Origin: an uncultured Thermococci archaeon
GTDB taxonomy: Archaea; Methanobacteriota_B; Thermococci; Thermococcales; Thermococcaceae
Length of the DNA stretch: 16,776 nucleotides
Direction of reading: 5' to 3'
Assembly (NCBI GenBank): GCA_964615185.1
Contig: CAZTOS010000050.1
Coordinates: forward strand, 1 to 16,776
A program made the translations under genes and the position numbers. Of the stretch, positions 7,570 through 16,776 are shown piece after piece. Under the pieces are notes generated by a model. The model saw nothing but the letters and a program-made list of their open reading frames with translations, was not told the origin of the DNA and did no database searches. Positions within the stretch are counted from its first letter, which is position 1; each line of letters opens with the position of its first letter.

Positions 7570-10316
7570 AGAAATCTGGAATGTTATTGGGTGTAATGGT
7601 TATCATGGCAACCTTCAACATAGCATTGGCTCAAGACACTGTGCTTTTTGAGGGATATTTAAATAAAGGAGATGCAATCCTAGTTGGTCCCCTTATAATC
7701 ACGCTGAACGATGTTCAAAAGGACTATCTTACGAATCAGTACAAGGCAATGTTCATCATAATGAAAGATGGAAAAATAATCAATGCCAACTACACTGTAC
7801 TCTACATTCCGAACCCCAGCAGGATGCAGGAACTTTTAGCCGATCCGGAGTTTCTTGCGGCAATGGCGGAAACTCTGGGCTACAATCCCAATGATCCGCT
7901 TTCATACGCCCAATTTTTGGCTTGGTTGGCTACGGCTTCACCTGAAGAAATTGCAGATGCAGTTTTTAAGACAATTAATGAGCATCCAGAATTGGGTATA
8001 AACAAAGAAGACCTCCTAATGCCAATACGAATTCCACAATTTACGTACATTGGCGAAAATGAGACGATTGAACTCAATGTTGATGGTCAAAAAGTTACCG
8101 TAACTGCACTTGACACATACCCAAATGGAGCAAGAGTGAGTATAAGTGGTCCTTATGAGTGGAAGGCATCCATGATACCAGCACTCATAACTACAAGTAT
8201 AGAAGCCCCTAAAAGTGTGAATCCGGGACAGGAATTTACCGTAAAAGTTCACTTAAAGAATGAAGGTGCGTTGAAAGCAAAATATATAACTGTCATGGTT
8301 TCTCCAGTTATGCTGAATACCGGAAGTAGTGAGAACCAGAACTCCCAAAGTTCAATGGGACAGGCATTAGCTCAGGCTTTGAGCCAAAGTGGAGTTGTGC
8401 AGTCTGCTTTAATGCCAGTAAACACCTCAATAAAATACATCGAGTATCTTGACGGAAAGGAAAGTGAAACGCTGGAATTTAAGTTTAAAGCTAATGAGAA
8501 TGCCCAGCCTGGTGTTTATCCCCTATATGTAACTGTAATTTATTTCTTTGGTGTAGGACAAGATGTTCAGCAGATGCAGAGCTTCAATTTTGTTGGAATT
8601 ACTGTGGCGAGGGATAGCGATGCATCGTTCGTAATTGAGAGTATTGAAAAGCCAAAAATAGTTCATCCTGGAGAGGACTTTGAAGTTAAGATAAAACTCA
8701 GGAACATGGGAGGAGATACTGCCAAAGACTTTTTAGCAACAATTGAGCCTAAATTAAATATCGAAGAGCAGAAGATTCAAAATGCCCAGCTCTCTGGGGA
8801 TTTGCCAATGGAGACAAAAACACCAATTCTTGTAGCTAATAAGACTGACCAGTACTATAGGGCGATTGTTAGGCCGAATGACGAAGTCGAACTTACTTTT
8901 AGGCTTCATGTGAGCGAAGATGCAGAGACTGGTAGCTATCCCCTAACCCTAAAGCTCACCTACTATAGTGGAGATTCAAAGGATTCAAAGAGCCAAAGTT
9001 TTGAGTTCTCAGTCCAAGTGCTTAGAAAAAGGGAGGCATTCATAGAAATTGAAAGCATTGACATGGAGCCAAAGAAAATTGAACCTGGAGATGAGTTCAC
9101 CCTTACAATAAAGCTCAGGAACGTTGGAGAAGAAAATGCGAGGGCATTTGCACTGAAAATAATCCCCACCCAAGTTCCAGTTCAGGGAGAAATTAAAAAA
9201 GTTGATCTTTCATCGCTCCAAAATCTGCCGATTCAAGGGAGCCAAGCCATAAGTGAGAACCTCCAGGAGGCATTAAACCAAATATTAAAAGAGCTTGCAA
9301 AGAGAAATGTTGATGCATTCTTACCTGTTGGAGAGGACAACGTGAAGTATGTTCCAGAGATTGCTCCAAATCAAGAGGCAACGTTGAGGTTCCATTTAAA
9401 GGCAAACAATAAACTTGAGAATGGAATTTATCCATTGAGAATAGGCATTGAGTACCTTTCATCTCCAGATGATTCAAAAATTAGTGATGAGCGCTTGATT
9501 GGCATCAATGTTCTCGGAAAGGAGCAGCTCATAATTTCAAAGGTCTCAACTTCACCGAGCAGGGTTTACCCAGGAACGCATAACATTGAGGTAAGCTTAA
9601 GCGTTGAGAACATTGGAAGCGGAACTGCGAGATATGTGCTTCTTATTCCGAAGCCCCAAAGCCCATTTGAGCTTAGCGACACAAGCGAGCAGATAATAAA
9701 CCTCGGAACCTTAAGGCAGGGAGATTCAGCAAATGCTGTCTTTAGGATTAACGTTAATGAAGATGCAAAAGGAGGAAGTTATGAGCTTCCCGTGGAGATT
9801 CAGTATAAGGATTCTCTTGGAAACAGCCAGAAAATCATGTTGAATGTTCCAATAATAATCCACGAAAAGCCAAAGCTTGTTGTTGAAAATGTTCGCTTTG
9901 ACAAAACACCGAGGCAGGGGAAGAAAGTCAAAGTTTATGTCAAGGTCAAGAACGTTGGCGGAGAGCAGGCAGAGAATGTTATCATTGAGGGAGTCGTTAA
10001 AGCCAGCCAGCCATTTACACTGACTAAAAGAACCGACTACATAGGAACCCTCGATCCTGGAAAGAGCGGAGAAGGGGTCATAGAGCTGAGCATAAACAGG
10101 GACGCGATTCCAAAGGAGTATACAATCCAAGTTAGAATCAGGGCTGTTGGAGACAAGGAAAGTGGAGATGACAACGTTTATGTTTTTGAAGATAGCGTAA
10201 AAATACCAGTTCAGGAAAATACAAAGCAAGCACATACTTTGAAGTATGCCGGAGTTGGAGTTGGTGTTTTAGTTGTTTTGGCAGTCCTTGCTACTTACAT
10301 GAAAAGACGCAAGTAA
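7566..10316 (+). CDS. COG1361 S-layer-domain / CARDB-like repeat surface protein
   Basis: Signal peptide (MKK...ALA), five Ig-like repeats (V.PG.EF.V...L.N.G...A ... A..G.YPL), and a C-terminal TM helix followed by KRRK. ATGA overlap with the RND gene indicates translational coupling. Confidence 0.85.
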   Translation: MKKSGMLLGVMVIMATFNIALAQDTVLFEGYLNKGDAILVGPLIITLNDVQKDYLTNQYKAMFIIMKDGKIINANYTVLYIPNPSRMQELLADPEFLAAMAETLGYNPNDPLSYAQFLAWLATASPEEIADAVFKTINEHPELGINKEDLLMPIRIPQFTYIGENETIELNVDGQKVTVTALDTYPNGARVSISGPYEWKASMIPALITTSIEAPKSVNPGQEFTVKVHLKNEGALKAKYITVMVSPVMLNTGSSENQNSQSSMGQALAQALSQSGVVQSALMPVNTSIKYIEYLDGKESETLEFKFKANENAQPGVYPLYVTVIYFFGVGQDVQQMQSFNFVGITVARDSDASFVIESIEKPKIVHPGEDFEVKIKLRNMGGDTAKDFLATIEPKLNIEEQKIQNAQLSGDLPMETKTPILVANKTDQYYRAIVRPNDEVELTFRLHVSEDAETGSYPLTLKLTYYSGDSKDSKSQSFEFSVQVLRKREAFIEIESIDMEPKKIEPGDEFTLTIKLRNVGEENARAFALKIIPTQVPVQGEIKKVDLSSLQNLPIQGSQAISENLQEALNQILKELAKRNVDAFLPVGEDNVKYVPEIAPNQEATLRFHLKANNKLENGIYPLRIGIEYLSSPDDSKISDERLIGINVLGKEQLIISKVSTSPSRVYPGTHNIEVSLSVENIGSGTARYVLLIPKPQSPFELSDTSEQIINLGTLRQGDSANAVFRINVNEDAKGGSYELPVEIQYKDSLGNSQKIMLNVPIIIHEKPKLVVENVRFDKTPRQGKKVKVYVKVKNVGGEQAENVIIEGVVKASQPFTLTKRTDYIGTLDPGKSGEGVIELSINRDAIPKEYTIQVRIRAVGDKESGDDNVYVFEDSVKIPVQENTKQAHTLKYAGVGVGVLVVLAVLATYMKRRK

Positions 10317-10336
10317 TTTCTTCATTTTCCTTTTTT
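10317..10336 (+). terminator. Oligo-T terminator-like tract
   Basis: TTTCTTCATTTTCCTTTTTT directly after the stop codon. Confidence 0.5.
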
Positions 10337-10376
10337 AGAAAACTTTAAACGATCTTAGTGATGATCATGTTTGTAG

Positions 10377-11273
10377 GTGAAGACGATGAGAATTGTTAAG
10401 ATAGTACTTGCAGTATTGCTTATTTTGATAGTGTGGCTTGGATATTTAGGATATTCTGCCATGCACATAAAACCGGAAATTACAGCTGAGTGGGGATATG
10501 TGGATGACAAAACAACTGAGGTATGGCTTCACATATATCTGGATAAAAAGCTCCCAATTTCAGGTAGTGTTAATGACGTGACAATTGAGTGGGCTGGAGT
10601 TAAAATTGGGAAAATTGAAAATATGAGGCTCGGCTTTATGCAGGATAAAGTCGATGGTGTTTTAGTTCTTGACAACTACAAAGCAGTTGAAGCTTTGAAA
10701 AGCCACATCAAAAATGGAGAAAATAGCTATGCAAAAATAGTCATGAAAATTTCCGTCTTTGGGATACCGCTCTTTAAAAAGGAATTTACTCAGCAAGCTA
10801 AGACAGATATACTGTCTCAGTTTAATATAGAGACTGAAAGCACAGGAGATTTAATTAAAACGCCTGCTGTAGAGGGAATTTCTTCGAGATGGGGACCAGT
10901 TGGTGACAAATACATTACAATATACAGTGATATTAAGCTTTACAATCCTAACAGCTTCCCGATTCCAGTATCTGGAGTGGAATTCAATGTCAATATAGAT
11001 AATTATCCCGTTGCCACGGGTAGTTTAGTTGAGAATACAGTGATTCCAGCAAATGGATATGGGGTTGTTAAGGTTAAAACGCTCCTTGATGCTTCCATTC
11101 TACCAAAAGTTTGGGCTGAGCATATAAAGCGTGGAGAAGAAAGTGATGTTTCGGCAGTTATTTATCTAAAAGCTAACGTCCTCAATAAGGAGTTTAGGCT
11201 TAAAGTTGCCGACATTGAGAAGAAAATCAAAACCAACATAATTGAGCAGATAAATTCAATGCTCCAGATTTAA
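10377..11273 (+). CDS. Membrane-anchored protein with two LEA_2 (WHy) domains
   Basis: N-terminal TM anchor and two repeats (WG.V....T....I.L.NPN.FPIPV..V ... HIK.GE.S). The YNPNSFPIP motif is characteristic of LEA_2/WHy. The start may be ATG 10386 (AGGTGA upstream). Confidence 0.8.
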   Translation: MKTMRIVKIVLAVLLILIVWLGYLGYSAMHIKPEITAEWGYVDDKTTEVWLHIYLDKKLPISGSVNDVTIEWAGVKIGKIENMRLGFMQDKVDGVLVLDNYKAVEALKSHIKNGENSYAKIVMKISVFGIPLFKKEFTQQAKTDILSQFNIETESTGDLIKTPAVEGISSRWGPVGDKYITIYSDIKLYNPNSFPIPVSGVEFNVNIDNYPVATGSLVENTVIPANGYGVVKVKTLLDASILPKVWAEHIKRGEESDVSAVIYLKANVLNKEFRLKVADIEKKIKTNIIEQINSMLQI

Positions 11274-11321
11274 CGCTAAATTTAAATTTCCTTTACCCTT
11301 TTCTTTTCTGGAGGTGAAATT

Positions 11322-11834
11322 GTGAACTTGCTTGATGTTCACAACTTACTCAACTTTATCTGGGGTGAGACTTTCAGGCTTAATGAAGAGCTCAGGGAGA
11401 AGCTTAAACCTCTCGGGTTTAAAGTTGAGCCAGTTGAGGAGGTTTTTAACGCTTATATCTATCTTGATGGAGAATGGAGGGAGATGCTTTATCCTCATCC
11501 AGCGTTTGAAGTCAAGCCCGGTGGAGAAGTTGGGGCAACTTTGCAGGGATTTTATTTTGTGTTTGGCATTCTCAAGGAGAAGATAACCAAGGAGTTTGTG
11601 GAAGAGTTTGTCCAAAAATTCAAAAAATCCTACATCTATGGAAGCGAGAATTTCCTTAGGGATTTTTACAACTATCAGCATCCGAAAGAACCAAATGAAG
11701 TGTTTAAGGGAATAAAGGAGAGTGGGGAAGAGATTATAAACTTCGAAGTTGGTGAGCTGACCGTTGAAGAACTGGAAAGGTATCTCTTTGACTTTATTGA
11801 GCTCATCAAAAAATACGGTCTCTTTGACCTTTAA
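11322..11834 (+). CDS. DUF3201 family protein
   Basis: GFKVEPVEEVFNAYIYLDGEWREMLYPHPAFEVKPGGEVGA and IYGSENFL.DFY resemble Thermococcales DUF3201. Strong RBS GGAGGTGA. Confidence 0.7.
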   Translation: MNLLDVHNLLNFIWGETFRLNEELREKLKPLGFKVEPVEEVFNAYIYLDGEWREMLYPHPAFEVKPGGEVGATLQGFYFVFGILKEKITKEFVEEFVQKFKKSYIYGSENFLRDFYNYQHPKEPNEVFKGIKESGEEIINFEVGELTVEELERYLFDFIELIKKYGLFDL

Positions 11835-11843
11835 GGTGATATC

Positions 11844-12998
11844 ATGTATCTTGAAGCATTTCCAGAAGAACTCCAGGAGTATTACAGAAAGCTCTTTGGA
11901 GAAGAAGCTGAGATAATAATGCAGAAGCTCAGAGAACCTGTGGAGAAATATTACATACGGGTTAATACGCTTAAGATCAGCAGGGATAAACTAATTGAGG
12001 AGCTTAGAAAAGAGGGACTCAAGCCCAAGAGAAGCCCCAACCTTGAAGAGGGCATTTATTTCGACCGGGAAGGCCCAAATTTCCCTGATGACTACAATCC
12101 AAACCTTCCCACGGTTGTTGCAAATAAATATGCGGCTGAAAGTGTGTATCAAGGTGCTATGCTCTATGCTCCTGGTGTTCTTAAAGCGGATAGAGGTATT
12201 AAAGAAGGGGATGAAGTCCAGATAAGAGACCCGAAGGGCCTTTTGATTGGAATTGGGACAGCAAAGATGAGTGCAAAGGAAATGATAAAAGCTACCAGAG
12301 GGGTTGCTGTTGAAGTAACTCTGCCGAAGTTCAAGCTTCCAAGCTTGAGTGAGCTTAAAAGCTTTGAGAAAGGCTATTTCTATCCTCAAAGCTTACCGTC
12401 TATGGTAACTGCCAGAATCCTCGAACCCAATGAGGGAGATTTAATCATTGACATGGCAGCTGCTCCTGGAGGTAAAACTACTCACTTAGCCCAGCTCATG
12501 CAGAATAGAGGAGAAATCATTGCAATTGATAAATCCAAAAATAGGTTCAAGAAAATGGAGGAAACCTTAAAGCGTTTGGGAGTCAAAAATGTTAAATTAG
12601 TTCATATGGACTCAAGAAATTTGCCAGAGCTCGGACTAAAAGCTGACAAGGTTCTGCTCGATGCTCCCTGCACAGCTTTGGGAGTTCGACCTAAACTCTG
12701 GGAGAGCAAAACGCCAAGAGATATAATGGCAACAGCCCGCTATCAGAGGCAGTTTATAAATGCTGCAATAAAGAGCTTAAGGAAGGGTGGGGTTTTAGTG
12801 TATTCAACATGCACTCTCAGCTATGAGGAGAACGAAGGAAACGTTAAATACATGCTCAAAAAGGGATTGAAGCTTGAAAGGCAATCAATCTTTATAGGCT
12901 CTCCTGGGATAGGAATAAAGGAAGTGCAGCGCTTTTATCCTCACAAACATTTGACTCAAGGATTTTTCATAGCAAAGCTGAGGAAGGTGAAAGGATGA
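11844..12998 (+). CDS. RsmB/NOL1/NOP2/Sun family RNA m5C methyltransferase with PUA domain (NSUN6-like)
   Basis: RVNTLK, a PUA domain (AAESVYQGAMLYAPGV), QSLPSM, SAM-binding DMAAAPGGKT, and catalytic DAPC and YSTC motifs. Confidence 0.92.
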   Translation: MYLEAFPEELQEYYRKLFGEEAEIIMQKLREPVEKYYIRVNTLKISRDKLIEELRKEGLKPKRSPNLEEGIYFDREGPNFPDDYNPNLPTVVANKYAAESVYQGAMLYAPGVLKADRGIKEGDEVQIRDPKGLLIGIGTAKMSAKEMIKATRGVAVEVTLPKFKLPSLSELKSFEKGYFYPQSLPSMVTARILEPNEGDLIIDMAAAPGGKTTHLAQLMQNRGEIIAIDKSKNRFKKMEETLKRLGVKNVKLVHMDSRNLPELGLKADKVLLDAPCTALGVRPKLWESKTPRDIMATARYQRQFINAAIKSLRKGGVLVYSTCTLSYEENEGNVKYMLKKGLKLERQSIFIGSPGIGIKEVQRFYPHKHLTQGFFIAKLRKVKG

Positions 12999-14020
12999 AG
13001 AAAAAAAGAATTCCAATGATAGTTCTCGGAATTTTGCTGATATTTGCGCTTATCTGGTGGGCGGGGATAGAGGAGACATTAAAACTCATAGTGAGTGCCA
13101 ATATCAACTATCTTCTCTTAGCATTAATGATGCAGCTATTTGCGACGTTTGCTTGGGCTCTGAGATGGCAGGTTTTTTTGAGACGAGCGGGGGTTAAAAT
13201 TGGATTTTGGAGAATAATAATGGCAACGTTCATAGGTGTGTTTTTCAACAATATAACACCTGGAGCGAGAGCAGGGGGAGAACCTGCGAGGATGGTTGTT
13301 ATAAGCAAAACTTCTGAATCAAAAAGCACTTATGGGCAGATTTTTGCAACCATAATGGCAGATAGAATTCTTGATGTCATTCCGGTAATGGTATTCATGT
13401 TTATAGCTTTTAAATATGCTTTGAGTTTGAAGGTTCATGTTTTACTTTTAGTTCTTTCAGTATCGACGCTGGCTTTGGTTGCAATTCTGACAATTTCTAT
13501 CCTTTTGTCTCTTAATGAGAAGCTTGCAATGAAATCCCTTAAAACTATTATAATGCTTCTGAAGAGGCTATTTCCCCGAAAGTTTGAAAATATAGAAGAG
13601 AAGCTTGAAGATAGGCTTAAAAGATCAATATTTGAATTCAGAGAGACCTTGATGGAGTTATCAACTGACAAAGCTGTTTTGATAAAGACGTTGTTTTATT
13701 CATTTGCTCTCTGGGGGTTCATGATTCTCAGGACATATTTTGTATTTAAAAGCATAGATTATCCTCTTGAGCTTTATAAAATTCTGATGGTTCAGATGGC
13801 TGGAATAGCATTGGGAATGATAAGCATTCCTCCCGGAGGAATTGGCGTAACGGAGGCAGTAAATTCAGCTCTTTACTTAAGCTTGGGCATAAATAAGAGC
13901 TTAGCTGTCACTGCAACAGTAATTGATAGGTTTATTTCCTTCTGGCTTCCAAGCATAGTGGGTGGAGCTTTGAGCATTTATTTGGGTGTTAAAGGTGGAG
14001 GAATTAAAGAAAAATCTTAA
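12995..14020 (+). CDS. UPF0104 / lysylphosphatidylglycerol synthase TM domain (flippase-like) membrane protein
   Basis: Multi-TM protein with ALRW, FFNNITPGARAGGEP, DRILD, PGGIGVTE and DRFISFWLP motifs. Confidence 0.88.
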   Translation: MKKKRIPMIVLGILLIFALIWWAGIEETLKLIVSANINYLLLALMMQLFATFAWALRWQVFLRRAGVKIGFWRIIMATFIGVFFNNITPGARAGGEPARMVVISKTSESKSTYGQIFATIMADRILDVIPVMVFMFIAFKYALSLKVHVLLLVLSVSTLALVAILTISILLSLNEKLAMKSLKTIIMLLKRLFPRKFENIEEKLEDRLKRSIFEFRETLMELSTDKAVLIKTLFYSFALWGFMILRTYFVFKSIDYPLELYKILMVQMAGIALGMISIPPGGIGVTEAVNSALYLSLGINKSLAVTATVIDRFISFWLPSIVGGALSIYLGVKGGGIKEKS

Positions 14021-14174
14021 GATACTAATCTGCCCATGTTGTGGTGGTGAATTAGAGCTTAAGGAAAATTATTTATTCTGCAAGCGCTGTAATTTAAAAT
14101 ATCCCATAGTTGATGACATCCCCCAGCTTGTGGTGAACATTGATGAAGTTTGGTGTGGTGGCAAGAAGGGATAA
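13995..14174 (+). CDS. Trm112-like zinc-knuckle protein
   Basis: [13 protein letters not shown]....[19 protein letters not shown] is the canonical Trm112 pattern. Overlaps both neighbours. Start is probably GTG 13995 (GTG 13986 is the alternative). Confidence 0.8.
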   Translation: MEELKKNLKILICPCCGGELELKENYLFCKRCNLKYPIVDDIPQLVVNIDEVWCGGKKG

Positions 14175-14979
14175 GGAGGCTGCATTAAAGCTGGCGTATA
14201 GGGTTTATGATTTTCTCAAGGTTAGTGGGTTTGAGGTTTTTGTCGATACAGAAACCTACAAGCATTTCCCCCATTTTGAAGAAGAAAACGTTATTCCCCT
14301 TGAAAAAATGGATGTTGACTTTATAATTGCAATTGGAGGGGATGGAACAATCTTAAGAATTGAACACCGCACTAAAAAGGACATTCCAATTTTGGGTATT
14401 AACATGGGGACATTGGGATTTCTGACTGAAGTTGAGCCAAATGAAACATTTTTTGCCATAAATAAGTTAATTGAAGGTGATTATCATATTGATGAGAGAA
14501 TAAAGCTCAGAACTTATTTGGATGGGAAAAATATCGTCCCTGACGCTTTAAATGAAGTTGCCATTTTAACTGGAATTCCAGGTAAAATAGTACACTTAAA
14601 ATACTATGTTGATGATGGACTGGCAGATGAAGTTCGTTCCGACGGTCTTATAATTTCGACTCCTACTGGGTCTACCGGTTATGCGATGTCTGCTGGTGGT
14701 CCTTTCCTTGACCCGAGGATTGATGGTGTTGTTGTAGCTCCTCTCACCCCTATAGCGTTAAGTTCTCGTCCGATGGTAGTTCCAGCAACTTCTAAGATTG
14801 ACGTAAGAATCTTAACTTTAACAAGAAACGTTATACTGGCAGTGGATGGTCAGTTTTACACATATCTTAATCCCGATGTGGAGATAACAATAAAAAAATC
14901 TCCAAGAAAGACAAAATTTGTACGCTTTTCTGAAGAAATTTATCCGAAGTATACGCTTAAAATTAAGAAGAAGTTTTGA
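14143..14979 (+). CDS. ppnK: NAD(+) kinase
   Basis: [21 protein letters not shown] and [21 protein letters not shown] motifs. GGTGA RBS before ATG 14143. Confidence 0.96.
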   Translation: MKFGVVARRDKEAALKLAYRVYDFLKVSGFEVFVDTETYKHFPHFEEENVIPLEKMDVDFIIAIGGDGTILRIEHRTKKDIPILGINMGTLGFLTEVEPNETFFAINKLIEGDYHIDERIKLRTYLDGKNIVPDALNEVAILTGIPGKIVHLKYYVDDGLADEVRSDGLIISTPTGSTGYAMSAGGPFLDPRIDGVVVAPLTPIALSSRPMVVPATSKIDVRILTLTRNVILAVDGQFYTYLNPDVEITIKKSPRKTKFVRFSEEIYPKYTLKIKKKF

Positions 14980-14985
14980 GGGCTT

Positions 14986-16703
<1,718 letters not shown>

Positions 16704-16727
16704 TTAATGTAAAGTTGCAACATGGAG

Positions 16728-16742
16728 ATTAAAAATCTTATG
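16728..16742 (-). promoter_or_regulatory. Putative BRE/TATA promoter of kae1
   Basis: Minus strand reads CATAAGATTTTTAAT, ending 24 nt upstream of the ATG. No SD sequence is visible. Confidence 0.5.
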
Positions 16743-16776
16743 TTCTTCTTGCAGTTGAAATTATGAGTGGAGTGAA

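Noticed and set aside
10358..10420. GTGATGA box C-like motif suggesting a C/D box sRNA
   Set aside because: No CTGA box D at a suitable distance, and the region is explained by the promoter/RBS and start of the LEA_2 gene.

Overview
Archaeal chromosomal segment, almost certainly from the Thermococcales (DUF257, DUF835 and DUF3201 genes, GGTGA/GGAGG ribosome-binding sites, BRE/TATA promoters, oligo-T terminators, about 40% GC by eye). The left end (1-3040, minus strand) is a visibly more GC-rich operon of three radical SAM genes: an rSAM/SPASM protein, a B12-binding rSAM protein, and a third rSAM gene cut by the window edge and missing from the ORF track. My best reading is a tetraether-lipid tailoring cassette (Gms-like bridge synthase, Gmm-like methylase, Grs-like ring synthase). 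Next come a divergent TATA-binding protein that looks like a second TBP paralogue, a small orphan ORF, a DUF257 gene and a decayed IS5-like transposase relic. These are followed by an MMPL/RND (HAE3) transporter, a COG1361 surface protein and a double LEA_2 protein, preceded by a perfect 24-bp palindrome over the promoter. The right part is housekeeping-like: DUF3201, an NSUN6-like RNA m5C methyltransferase, a UPF0104 flippase-like protein, a small overlapping Trm112-like ORF, NAD kinase, and convergently DUF835 and kae1. All family calls come from motif recognition only; no searches were run.
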